In this document: one piece after another, positions 1 to 9,184 of the stretch
Layout: every line of letters begins with the position of its first letter
How positions within the stretch are numbered: position 1 is the stretch's first letter
Assembly (NCBI GenBank): GCA_902599555.1
Contig: CACKFQ010000002.1
Span: 15,235-79,234 of the forward strand
From: an uncultured Candidatus Actinomarina sp.
GTDB lineage: Bacteria; Actinomycetota; Acidimicrobiia; Actinomarinales; Actinomarinaceae
Length of the DNA: 64,000 nt
Direction of reading: 5' to 3'
Translations under genes and position numbers: made by a program
The notes under the pieces: generated by a model
What the model was told of the DNA's origin: nothing
The model's database searches: none
What the model saw: the letters and a program-made list of their open reading frames with translations, nothing else

Positions 1-2
1 TT

Positions 3-725
3 GATGGAAGTGGTTCCATGATTGAGAAAAATAAAGATGAGCTTCATCCCTGGTCATTAGCCTCAGCATTAATTGGTGCTAATTATCTGTCCCAAATATG
101 TTTTGAACTTGATATCGATTTTGAAGTTTCTATATTTAACAGAGCCTTTGCGTCAGAGCATACTGAAAATGAAGAAAATTATAATAAGAGAAAATTTGCA
201 GTTTCATCGATGTTAAATAGAACTTACGGGTCTTCAGCACAAGAGCTTTATAATACGGCAAATCATTATTTTATTAAAGAATTTAAAGACTCGTGGAGAG
301 AGAACTATCAGCAATTTATAGGACTAATAGAATTTTCAAGAAACTTAAGAGACTCGATTGATATAGGAATAAGTGAAGATTCAATTCCACCAGTAAGTAT
401 GTTTGAAAAAGGAACTAACATCGATGAAATAAATATCATGCATGCTACTAAAAGATTACTAAATCACCCTTCGAATACAAAGATGTTGGTTGTACTGTCT
501 GATGGTATGACTAGAGGATCGTTGAGTGAACTTCAAAAGAGTATAAACTTTGCAACCAAAAATGGTGTTGATGTAATAGGCATAGGAATTGGTAATAGAG
601 GTTCTTGGAGAGAATATATTAATAATGTACAAATTGAAAAACCTGAACAACTAATTCATTCCATAGTAAACATCACAAAGGATATACTTATTAAAAACAT
701 TAAATTAACATCTGGAGTTGCCTAA
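3..725 (+). CDS. von Willebrand factor A (VWA) domain protein, CobT/NorD-like; 5'-truncated by the window edge
   Basis: Frame is open upstream of the ORF-track ATG at 18: nt 3-20 read D-G-S-G-S-M, the MIDAS DxSxS motif. Later 'GTNID' and 'LVVLSDG...VIGIGIG' are typical VWA elements. Stop overlaps the start of the AAA gene. Confidence 0.85.
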   Translation, partial: DGSGSMIEKNKDELHPWSLASALIGANYLSQICFELDIDFEVSIFNRAFASEHTENEENYNKRKFAVSSMLNRTYGSSAQELYNTANHYFIKEFKDSWRENYQQFIGLIEFSRNLRDSIDIGISEDSIPPVSMFEKGTNIDEINIMHATKRLLNHPSNTKMLVVLSDGMTRGSLSELQKSINFATKNGVDVIGIGIGNRGSWREYINNVQIEKPEQLIHSIVNITKDILIKNIKLTSGVA

Positions 726-1714
726 TGGGTTCACAAAAATTTATAAATCCTGATAATGAAAAACAATCTGTTGAAATAGAAGAATGTAAATTAGATAAAA
801 AATTAGAAGATTTTGACTCACGTAATAATCGAATTCCTGAAGTTGATGAATTTTATGTAGACCTAGGTATGCAGTACAGACTTGCACGGGTTATGAATTC
901 AAAAAGTAAATCTTTTAAAAATGAGATTCCTATACACATAGCATTGATGGGCCATATGGGAACAGGAAAAGATCATGACATAGAACAATTTGCAGCAAAA
1001 CTACGATTTCCATATTACAGAATTCCTTTATCAGGAGAAGTTAGAGACGTAACGCTTTTAGGTTCTGTTCAGTTGTATGGAGATGGTAAGGGTGGAACTG
1101 AAAGCAGATGGCAAGATGGTGAGCTAACAAGAGCATTAAGAGGGCCAGCAATTGTTAACTTGTCGGAGCTTAATGCAGCAGGTCCTGAAGTTTTATTTGC
1201 CCTTCATTCGTTACTTGATAGACATAGGAAACTAGAACTACCAAACGGAGAAGTTCTTTCTTTAAGAGAAGATACATATATTTTTGGAACCATGAACCCA
1301 ACAAGTTTGAGAGATTATGCGGGTACCCAGTCATTAAATAAGGCATTTGCTGATAGGTGGGTCATATGGGACAAGCCCTTTCCGAATAAAGAACAATTAG
1401 ATGCTATTTTTGAAAAAAGATATCCCAAACTTCAAAAAGAATATAGAGAACTAATCATTAAATTAGCAACAGAAATTAACAACTCATTTATGTCAGATGA
1501 TATAAGTATCAATATAGAAACCCCTATGAGTTTGCGAACAATAGTAGAGAGAATACCTATTGGCTTAGATGTTTATGCAGACTCAGCAGACCCATTAAAA
1601 GATACTTGGGAAAATTTTGTATTACCTCATGTTAATAAAGAAGACTTAGATCATTACAAAACTTTGTGGAACACAATAGTTAGAAAAGGGCCTTCTATAA
1701 AACCTAAGCTTTAG
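725..1714 (+). CDS. MoxR/CbbQ/CobS-type AAA+ ATPase with atypical Walker motifs
   Basis: P-loop GHMGTGKD, 'WQDGELTRALR', Walker B-like IVNLSELN, sensor-1 TMNP, Arg-finger AFADRW; coupled to the VWA gene. Confidence 0.85.
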   Translation: MGSQKFINPDNEKQSVEIEECKLDKKLEDFDSRNNRIPEVDEFYVDLGMQYRLARVMNSKSKSFKNEIPIHIALMGHMGTGKDHDIEQFAAKLRFPYYRIPLSGEVRDVTLLGSVQLYGDGKGGTESRWQDGELTRALRGPAIVNLSELNAAGPEVLFALHSLLDRHRKLELPNGEVLSLREDTYIFGTMNPTSLRDYAGTQSLNKAFADRWVIWDKPFPNKEQLDAIFEKRYPKLQKEYRELIIKLATEINNSFMSDDISINIETPMSLRTIVERIPIGLDVYADSADPLKDTWENFVLPHVNKEDLDHYKTLWNTIVRKGPSIKPKL

Positions 1715-2153
1715 AAAATTTTATTAAAGGAATATCTCTGTTTGTTCTTTTTCTGTACATTTGAAACGTTGGATACACTTCGTCTAATAAACACCAGTAA
1801 TATTCTTTTTCGGAAGACTCGATTAATTCGTAGGTAGCTTCAAAGCGTTCATTGTTTATTGTGATAAATGGATTATCAGTTGAAAGGTTATAAAACCAAT
1901 CTGGTGTTTTATCATTTCCACTGTATGAAGCTGCAACAATATAATCATTTTCAAAATTTGCATAAGTCAAAGGTGTTTTTCTAACTTGATTAGTTTTACT
2001 CCCAATAGTTTCAAGTAAGAGAATGTGATCCCCTATAATTTTTTCACCAAGGAAAGAGTGATTGAATCTTATAATTTTGGAGTGAATTTTTGAGATTAAC
2101 TTATAAAACCATTCCGGCCAGAGATGCGCTGACTTACCTAGTAATCTCCACAT
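1704..2153 (-). CDS. Deazaflavin (F420)-dependent nitroreductase family protein (Ddn-like)
   Basis: 'LLLETIGSKTNQVRKTPL', 'AASYSG...PDWFYNL', 'YRKRTNRDIPL' match the F420H2-dependent quinone reductase pattern. Confidence 0.85.
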   Translation of the reverse strand: MWRLLGKSAHLWPEWFYKLISKIHSKIIRFNHSFLGEKIIGDHILLLETIGSKTNQVRKTPLTYANFENDYIVAASYSGNDKTPDWFYNLSTDNPFITINNERFEATYELIESSEKEYYWCLLDEVYPTFQMYRKRTNRDIPLIKFSKA

Positions 2154-2165
2154 TGATTACTTAAT

Positions 2166-2381
2166 TTAAAAATCTTCCTGATTTTCTTCTTGATCTTTAA
2201 ATTTCGGATCGTACTTTTTGAAAAAATCTTTTAATTTATTTTCTAAATCATCAGTTTCTAAATTAGCTAATTCATTTCTAAGCTTTTTAATTTGGATTTT
2301 AATATCGACGTTTTCATCCATAAGCCTTAAAACATACCTCAATCCAAGTGCTAAAAGAACAAATTTAAAGATTTTCTTCAT
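2166..2381 (-). CDS. Small hypothetical protein (hydrophobic N-terminus, charged coiled-coil-like tail)
   Basis: 71-aa ORF filling the gap, co-oriented with the downstream gene; no recognisable motif. Confidence 0.55.
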   Translation of the reverse strand: MKKIFKFVLLALGLRYVLRLMDENVDIKIQIKKLRNELANLETDDLENKLKDFFKKYDPKFKDQEENQEDF

Positions 2382-2448
2382 AAATGCATCATAAATAGAA
2401 TCTTATTTTAAAAAAAGTTTTTTTTGATGAAATTGCCACTGGAGTTAA

Positions 2449-3213
2449 TTGTTGACCTCAAGTAAACTTAATAAAGTGCAAGAAATACTAAGTAATCTCG
2501 TAGCAGAACAGCAGTTATTAGATCAATACCTTCAAAGTATTCCTGTTAGAAATTGGAATACTAAAACTACTTACAAAAATTGGGATATCACAGCTCATGT
2601 TAGCTACCTTGCAGCTCTTGAAGATCTTGCTCACAATGCATTAAAGAAAAAAGGTACTGACTTTAATAAATATAAAGGGCCTAAGGGTTTAGAAAAATTT
2701 GAAAAAGAAGCAATTAAAAAAGGAAATGACATGAGACCGCAAGATGTTATTGAATGGTGGAGAATGTCTAGAGCATCTGTCATTGAAACTTTAGCTAAAT
2801 CATCTCCAGGAAAAAAATTAACTTGGTGGAAAAATGAAATTGATTGTAGAACATTCGCAGTTACAAAATTGGCAGAGACATGGGCACACAGTTTAGATGT
2901 TTATGATGCAATGAAAAAAGATTACGAAGACACTGTACGCGTTGAGCACGTTGCTCTTTTTGGATGGCTCAATGCAGAACAAGCAAGTAAGGTCAATAAA
3001 ACTAAATATCAAGATTTAAGAATAGAGCTAATCGGACCAGAATATAAGGCATGGCAGTTTGGTGATGAGGAAAGTGAAAATAGTATAAAAGGAAATGCTA
3101 GTGACTGGTGTAGAGTGGTTACTGGTAGAGTACCCAAAGGTCATAAACTTACACTTTCTACTGAAGGTGATTTTGCCAAAAAATTCGTTAAATTTAATCA
3201 CGTAAAAATATAA
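2449..3213 (+). CDS. Mycothiol-dependent maleylpyruvate isomerase (MDMPI)-like / DinB-fold metal-dependent protein
   Basis: 'W..KT..NWDITAHVSYLA', 'LAETWAHSLDV' and C-terminal 'IKGNASDWCRVVTGR' are typical of the actinobacterial MDMPI family. Confidence 0.75.
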   Translation: MLTSSKLNKVQEILSNLVAEQQLLDQYLQSIPVRNWNTKTTYKNWDITAHVSYLAALEDLAHNALKKKGTDFNKYKGPKGLEKFEKEAIKKGNDMRPQDVIEWWRMSRASVIETLAKSSPGKKLTWWKNEIDCRTFAVTKLAETWAHSLDVYDAMKKDYEDTVRVEHVALFGWLNAEQASKVNKTKYQDLRIELIGPEYKAWQFGDEESENSIKGNASDWCRVVTGRVPKGHKLTLSTEGDFAKKFVKFNHVKI

Positions 3214-3974
3214 TGCAAGTTTATGGCGTAGTTCACTTAAAAAGCCTCCCTGGCTCCCCTTCTAATAGGTTATCTATTGATGAAATTATTGATTCCGCAC
3301 AAGAAGATGTTAATAGCTTAGTTTATGGTGGTGTTGATGGAATCATAATTGAAAATTTTGGAGACACTCCTTTTGTGAAAGATGATATTTCTAAACGCAC
3401 TCTTGCTAGCTTTACAACAGTTGTAGAAAATTTATCAATAGAAAGAGATATTAAAGTTGGAATAAATGTTTTAAGAAATGACGGTATTGCAGCTCTTGCA
3501 ATTGCCGAAGCTACTAAATCACAGTTTGTAAGAATCAATGTTTTAAATAACACTATGTTTACCGACCAGGGTGTTATAGAAGGTGATGCTCATGGAGTTA
3601 ATCAGTTTAAATCAAGCCTAAATAGTTATGTAGAAATCTATGCTGATGTATTTGTTAAACATGCTGTACCACCTCCCGGTTCAAAAATTGAAAACCATGC
3701 AGAGGAATTGATTCATAGAGCTGGCGCAGATGTGGTGATTGTTACAGGAGATGGTACTGGACATGAAATAAATATTGAAGATTTACAAAAAGTAAGAAAC
3801 ATTGTTCCAATTGGTAAACTCGCTATTGGATCTGGTGTAACTTCTACAAATGTCGATGCCTATCAAGATTTGGCAGACATACTAATTGTAGGAACTAGTT
3901 TTAAATTTGATAATGATGTTGCTAAAAGGGTTGACATCAATAGAGTTGAAGAGTTAGTAAGAAAAATAAAATAA
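3213..3974 (+). CDS. btpA: BtpA/SgcQ family TIM-barrel protein
   Basis: 'GVVHLKSLPGSP', 'DGIIIENFGDTPF', 'GINVLRND', 'ADVFVKHA', 'VTGDGTG', 'GSGV' are family hallmarks. Confidence 0.9.
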   Translation: MQVYGVVHLKSLPGSPSNRLSIDEIIDSAQEDVNSLVYGGVDGIIIENFGDTPFVKDDISKRTLASFTTVVENLSIERDIKVGINVLRNDGIAALAIAEATKSQFVRINVLNNTMFTDQGVIEGDAHGVNQFKSSLNSYVEIYADVFVKHAVPPPGSKIENHAEELIHRAGADVVIVTGDGTGHEINIEDLQKVRNIVPIGKLAIGSGVTSTNVDAYQDLADILIVGTSFKFDNDVAKRVDINRVEELVRKIK

Positions 3975-4024
3975 TTTTTATTACTATAATACAAATCTGT
4001 TACCTAACTATCATTTTTATTTGA

Positions 4025-4963
4025 ATGGAAGCCATACTTAATCCAGCACTACTATTGTTCCTTTCGGGAATTCTGATTGGAACTCTGTTTAAATTAATCC
4101 TTCACAACTCTATTTCTAAATACTTGGGATATTATTTGTTGCTTTCACTAGGGCTTAAAGGTGGTGCAAGCCTTCAAGAAAATGGATTTATAAATGAAGT
4201 TTTAAGTGCATTAACACTTGGAGTTGTGTTTGCTCTTTTAATACCAATTATGGCTTATCTTTATCTTAAAAATTTACTCAATAGCGATGATGCAGCCGCA
4301 CTCGCTGGCACTTACGGATCAGTAAGTGCTGTTACATTTGTTACAGCTATTGCATATCTTACAACTACTAATCAAAACTTTGATAACTATATGTCTGCTG
4401 TTTTAGTTGTAATGGAGTTCCCAGCAATATTTATGGCACTCTATTTAGTTACGCTTAATAAGCAAAATAAAGGCAATAATTTAGAAACAATTAAGACTGC
4501 ATTTTTAGAAGTCCCGAATATTATTTTGATCTCATCGTTGTTTATAGGATATTTTGTCAATCAAACACTTTTATCTAATTTAGATTTCATAATTGTTGAA
4601 ATATTTGATTACGTTTTATATGTGTTTTTATTTGTTATGGGAACTAGGGTCGCAAAGAGAATTGGAGAACTTAAAGGCAAAGGAGCTAGGCTAATTGCTT
4701 TTGCTTTATGTACTCCATTGATTGGTTCTATTATTGCTTTACTGGCATCTCTAAACTTTAATTTTTCTGTCGGCAACGCAACATTGCTTATGGTGTTAAC
4801 AGCAAGTGCAAGCTATATTGCAGTACCAGCAGTTGTAAAAGACGCTATACCAAATGCAAATCCTGCTATATACCTTGGACTTAGTTTGGGTGTCACATTT
4901 CCATTCAATATCATTGTTGGAATACCTTTATATAACGAACTAGCTAAATACTTTATTGGCTAA
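4025..4963 (+). CDS. sbtA: Sodium-dependent bicarbonate transporter family permease (SbtA-like)
   Basis: 'GLKGG', 'AGTYGSVSAVTF', 'MEFPAI', 'ASASYIAVPA', 'SLGVTFPFNI..GIPLY'; about 10 hydrophobic segments. Confidence 0.88.
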   Translation: MEAILNPALLLFLSGILIGTLFKLILHNSISKYLGYYLLLSLGLKGGASLQENGFINEVLSALTLGVVFALLIPIMAYLYLKNLLNSDDAAALAGTYGSVSAVTFVTAIAYLTTTNQNFDNYMSAVLVVMEFPAIFMALYLVTLNKQNKGNNLETIKTAFLEVPNIILISSLFIGYFVNQTLLSNLDFIIVEIFDYVLYVFLFVMGTRVAKRIGELKGKGARLIAFALCTPLIGSIIALLASLNFNFSVGNATLLMVLTASASYIAVPAVVKDAIPNANPAIYLGLSLGVTFPFNIIVGIPLYNELAKYFIG

Positions 4964-5671
4964 TTAGAGAAGGAATCCTCCATCAATGGTTACAACTTCG
5001 CCTGTAATCCATGATGCATCATCACTTGAAAGAAAGTAAATCAAACTAGCTATATCTTCTGGTTCTCCTAGTTTTTTAAGTGCATGAAGGTCCGCACTTC
5101 CCTGCTCATCCCCTGCCCAAAGCATTTCTGAAAGCTTAGTTTTAACCACCGCTGGAGCAATACCATTCACTCTAATATCAGGCGCAAGTTCCATTGCTAA
5201 TTGTTTTGTCATATAAATTAATCCGGCTTTTGAAATATTGTAAGCTCCCATGTAGTACGCAGGCTTAATTCCACCAACAGAACAAACATTCAGAACAGAT
5301 TCTTTTAAACCGGCTTTTACAGCTTCTCTAGTCCACATTAAAGGACCCATTAAATTTACATCCCATGTTTTCTGTACTGCAGATAAATCAACATCCAACA
5401 GGCTTCCACCAGAAGGGTTTGTGCCAGCATTGTTAATTAAAACATCTAAAGACCCTGTTTCATCAACAATTTTTTTACAGGTCTCAGTTGCAGCGGCAAG
5501 ATCATCCGCTCTTGCAACGAAACCCTTTAACTTAGAATTTTCAGAAAGTACCGCTTTTAGATTCTCCTCTTTTCTAGAAGTGATGTACACATTCCAACCT
5601 TGATCAATAAATTTTTGAGCAGTGGAAAGGCCTATACCTCTTGTTCCACCGGTTACAAGTGCAGTTTTCAT
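4964..5671 (-). CDS. SDR family oxidoreductase
   Basis: TGGTRGIG, NNAG and YNISK catalytic motifs; start placed at ATG 5671 (MKTALVTG), preceded by TACTTT. Confidence 0.92.
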   Translation of the reverse strand: MKTALVTGGTRGIGLSTAQKFIDQGWNVYITSRKEENLKAVLSENSKLKGFVARADDLAAATETCKKIVDETGSLDVLINNAGTNPSGGSLLDVDLSAVQKTWDVNLMGPLMWTREAVKAGLKESVLNVCSVGGIKPAYYMGAYNISKAGLIYMTKQLAMELAPDIRVNGIAPAVVKTKLSEMLWAGDEQGSADLHALKKLGEPEDIASLIYFLSSDDASWITGEVVTIDGGFLL

Positions 5672-5717
5672 TATTGTTAAAGTATAGTAGTTATTTCTCA
5701 ATTCAGTTACAGTTGAA

Positions 5718-6956
5718 ATGCAAATGGAAAATTTTCAAAAATATAGAGTATTACTTACACAAAACCAAAACTTTCGAAAACTATTTGCTGCTCGTTTGAT
5801 AACACTAGGTGGAGATTGGTTATTAACTGTGCCTCTCTTAGGTATAATTTACGAGTTAACTGAAAATCCATTTATCACCTCTCTTGTGTTAGTGGTTCAG
5901 AGTGCGCCGTTATTTATGCTTGGAAGCTTTGGTGGTTACTTGGCAGATAGATTCGATAGGAAAAAAATAATCGCAATTTCAGAGTTCTTATCAGGAATGA
6001 CGGTGTTGTTAATTCTTTACGCAGTAACAACTGAAAATGTAGTATTTATTTTGTTTTCATTTGGATTGCTGTCCATTGTAGGTTCTCCATACATGCCTAC
6101 TTCTGATGCAGCTTTGCCAAACGTTGTAAAAAAAGAAAATTTAGCTGAAGCAAATGTTATATTTTTTTCAAGCTGGGGTGTGATGGCCGGTTTAGGAGCT
6201 GGTCTTGGAGGTTACTTAACAACAGTAATCAGTAGAAATTTGTTATTTGCAATCGATAGTTTAACCTTTGTGCTTTCAGCTTTAATAGTCTTCTCGATAA
6301 AGAAAAATTTGAGTGAAAAATCTCAAGATAAAAATGAAGAAGAGGATATAAGTTATAAAGAAGGTCTTAAATATGCTGCATCAAAGAAAGAAATATTTTC
6401 CTTAATTATTACAAAAGCAACCTTTAGTATCTCAGCTAGCGGTTTACTCTCTTTGTTTACTGTTCTCTCTTATGATATATATAAAACTGGAGACTTTGGT
6501 ACAGGGCTTATGTTTGGTGCAAGAGGCGTTGGAGCGCTGATTGGTCCTATTGCGATTAGATATTATTTTGGAAGCACTGATGGAAAATTGCTTAACACAA
6601 TTGGCATAACCATCATGGCCTGGGGTTTATTTTATTTCTTTATACCGTTCTCGGTATCACTGTACCTAACAGTGTTGTTATTAATCCTTGGACATTCTGG
6701 TGGTGGTTCACAGTGGGCGTTTTCTACATATGGATTACAAGTACTGACACCAGATAGGCTCAGGGGAAGAATTGCTGGAATTGATTATTCACTTTATTTT
6801 TTTATGAATACAATTTCAACCCTTATGATTGGATACCTTGCAACCGTATATGGTGTGCTTTTTGTCTTTAAGCTATTTCCCGTATTAGGATTTATATTCG
6901 GATTAGTCTGGTATTTATCTACTAGAAATATCTGGAAGAGTTTAGATAAATCCTAA
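5718..6956 (+). CDS. MFS transporter (H+ antiporter / MFS_3-like)
   Basis: About 12 TM segments, motif A 'GYLADRFDRKK', C-terminal 'PDRLRGR'. Confidence 0.9.
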   Translation: MQMENFQKYRVLLTQNQNFRKLFAARLITLGGDWLLTVPLLGIIYELTENPFITSLVLVVQSAPLFMLGSFGGYLADRFDRKKIIAISEFLSGMTVLLILYAVTTENVVFILFSFGLLSIVGSPYMPTSDAALPNVVKKENLAEANVIFFSSWGVMAGLGAGLGGYLTTVISRNLLFAIDSLTFVLSALIVFSIKKNLSEKSQDKNEEEDISYKEGLKYAASKKEIFSLIITKATFSISASGLLSLFTVLSYDIYKTGDFGTGLMFGARGVGALIGPIAIRYYFGSTDGKLLNTIGITIMAWGLFYFFIPFSVSLYLTVLLLILGHSGGGSQWAFSTYGLQVLTPDRLRGRIAGIDYSLYFFMNTISTLMIGYLATVYGVLFVFKLFPVLGFIFGLVWYLSTRNIWKSLDKS

Positions 6957-6965
6957 ATAGTTTCA

Positions 6966-7829
6966 TCATATGGAAAAAAGATTTTTTCCTTCAAATTTTT
7001 TTGTACCATTAACATAGCTAAAGTACTTTCTACATTCACAAGATTGATACTCTATGTCAATAGGGTAAAACTCTCTTTTAGCTTCAGGCCAATACTCTTT
7101 TTGAAGTTCTATCATTTTAAGGCCTACATCTTGGTGGTTATTTAAATTAAGAAAATTTTGTAGCCTGTCTAAATATGGTTCTGCACCAATACCAGTTGGA
7201 ACATCAGTGGTCATTGGTATAACATCTTCTCTAAACCAGGCAATATCTATCAAAGCCATAAATATTGGGAAGTCATTATTCATTCTAAATTGCTTATTTA
7301 TATTGTTTGTAGCAGTAATAACATCTCTATTAGAATTCAAAACTATTTCAGCTAAATCATCTTTTTTTTCATAAAATTTATATGTTGAAGCATCAATTCG
7401 GCTATATTGCTTTTCACCCCAATAAGAATCTTCTACTGGGTACGCTGTGTAATTCTCCCATTGCTCTAAACCAAGAAGTTTATCTTTTAAAGTTTCTGGA
7501 TTACCTAAATCATCATGTGTTAATTGGTCGATAGTTAAGTCTCTATTGCACCACCTGCTAAAAAATAGAGCTTGGATTAACAAAGGCAAGTCCTCTTTGA
7601 CTGGTTCAGCAAATTTAATAATGGATTTACTTACTTTGTCATCCTCTCTAAAAACATTTAAAAAACGCCCTTTTTGTAAAATCGGGTCATCACTCCAAGG
7701 ATATACTTCTCCCGACTCTCTTTTTACACGTACAGCTTCACGTTTCTTGCAGTAATCAAAAAAGCTTTGTACTGGGTCCTCTATTTCAAGACCATCTAGT
7801 GACTGTACATATGGATTCTCTAAAACCAT
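6966..7829 (-). CDS. 5-hmdU DNA kinase helical domain / aGPT-Pplase1-like protein
   Basis: N-terminal 'REAVRVKRESGEVYPWSDDPILQKGRFLNVFREDD' and C-terminal 'DIEYQSCECRKY' match the conserved blocks I recall for this family (PWxxDPIL..RFxNVxRxxD; E..LCE..KY). Confidence 0.75.
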   Translation of the reverse strand: MVLENPYVQSLDGLEIEDPVQSFFDYCKKREAVRVKRESGEVYPWSDDPILQKGRFLNVFREDDKVSKSIIKFAEPVKEDLPLLIQALFFSRWCNRDLTIDQLTHDDLGNPETLKDKLLGLEQWENYTAYPVEDSYWGEKQYSRIDASTYKFYEKKDDLAEIVLNSNRDVITATNNINKQFRMNNDFPIFMALIDIAWFREDVIPMTTDVPTGIGAEPYLDRLQNFLNLNNHQDVGLKMIELQKEYWPEAKREFYPIDIEYQSCECRKYFSYVNGTKKFEGKNLFSI

Positions 7830-7863
7830 AACTTTAATTTAAACAGATTACTTCACACTTTTC

Positions 7864-9129
7864 TTACTTCACAACTGGTATTTGAAGCATATTTGTTGTG
7901 TAAGCAGCAGACTTTCTTTCCGACTTCATTCTCCAGTCTTTTTTTATACCCTGTGCTCCTAGTGTCAATGTGCTTGATCCATACCTGCTATTAACGCCAT
8001 CCAGTACCTCCATGACACGGTCTGATTGATTGTAGTTCTCATATTCATAAAAACTATACTGTTCGTTCTCTGCGTCAGTAATATCTAACAGCATTACACC
8101 AATTTTCTGGTATTCATATCCGTAGACAAAGAGTTTTCGTGTTAGATGTTTTGCTTCTTTGACTATCTTTGACGTATTGCTTGTTGGTATTGAAAAAAAT
8201 GTACTCATACCGTTGCTATATCTTTTCTCTGGATCGACAAATGGACTGGTTCTTAAAAATACATACAATCCTTGTGCTCTAGAACCCTGTGCTCTCAACT
8301 TCTCACATGCTCTAGCAACATAGTTAGAAACAGCTTCCTCTAACTCACTTACTAGCATTACTTTTCTACCAAATGACTTAGAGGATATGATGTTTTTCTT
8401 ATTCTTCACCTCTTCTATGCCAATACAGGAAATCCCATTTAGCTCATGATGTATCCTCTCCCCTACAATGCTGATTGTTTTTCTGACATGACGAGCATTT
8501 GCCTGTGTTAAATCATAAGCGGTATCTACTCCAATTCTTCGAAGCCTTCTTCCCCATCTTGTTGAGATTCCCCAAATCTCTTCAAGTGGTAGGTCTTTTA
8601 AAATCTCATCTCTTACACTCTGATCTCGTATGTCGAAGACATTAGATGTTGTGTATTTTTTAGCTTGTCTGTTTGCTACTTTTGCCAATGTTTTTGTTGG
8701 GCCTATGCCTATAGAAACTGGAATCCCTGTCCACTGTTTGATTAATCTTCGTATCTCTTGAGCCGTCTCTTCTAAATCACAGTAGTAAAAGCTACTGATA
8801 TCGAGAAATGCTTCATCAATAGAGTAAATCTCTATATCGCTTACAAGAGATTTCAGTGAAGTCATCACTCTGGCCGACATATCGCCATAAAAAGTGTAGT
8901 TTGATGAAAATACATGAACTCTGTTTCTATTGATAAGTTGTTTGTATTTAAAGTACGGGGCTCCCATCGGTATGCCTAAAGCTTTTGCTTCATTTGATCT
9001 AGCAACAACACATCCATCATTGTTAGACAAAACAACAATGGGCTTTCCTTCTAACTTTGGGTTGAATACTCTCTCACAAGACGCATAAAAGTTATTACAG
9101 TCCACTAGGGCAAAAATTTTATTATTCAC
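7864..9129 (-). CDS. umuC: Y-family DNA polymerase V catalytic subunit UmuC
   Basis: '[10 protein letters not shown]', 'VLSNNDGC', 'YSIDEAF', '[10 protein letters not shown]', C-terminal '[12 protein letters not shown]'; GTG start with SD AAAGGAG. Confidence 0.95.
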   Translation of the reverse strand: MNNKIFALVDCNNFYASCERVFNPKLEGKPIVVLSNNDGCVVARSNEAKALGIPMGAPYFKYKQLINRNRVHVFSSNYTFYGDMSARVMTSLKSLVSDIEIYSIDEAFLDISSFYYCDLEETAQEIRRLIKQWTGIPVSIGIGPTKTLAKVANRQAKKYTTSNVFDIRDQSVRDEILKDLPLEEIWGISTRWGRRLRRIGVDTAYDLTQANARHVRKTISIVGERIHHELNGISCIGIEEVKNKKNIISSKSFGRKVMLVSELEEAVSNYVARACEKLRAQGSRAQGLYVFLRTSPFVDPEKRYSNGMSTFFSIPTSNTSKIVKEAKHLTRKLFVYGYEYQKIGVMLLDITDAENEQYSFYEYENYNQSDRVMEVLDGVNSRYGSSTLTLGAQGIKKDWRMKSERKSAAYTTNMLQIPVVK

Positions 9130-9143
9130 TTACTTACTCCTTT

Positions 9144-9161
9144 GAATACTGTACACTATTC
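9144..9161. promoter_or_regulatory. Imperfect 18-bp palindrome, putative operator between divergent umuC and umuD
   Basis: GAATACTGTACACTATTC matches its reverse complement at 16/18 positions; overlaps candidate -10 hexamers TACACT (+, 9152-9157) and TAGAAT (-, 9163-9158). Confidence 0.55.
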
Positions 9162-9184
9162 TAAGAAAAAAGAAAGACATTTTT

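Noticed and set aside
9147-9164. TACTGTACAC as an E. coli-type LexA box
   Set aside because: Only a half-site: CTGT-N8 is followed by CTAA, not ACAG. The actinobacterial GAAC-N4-GTTC box is also absent.
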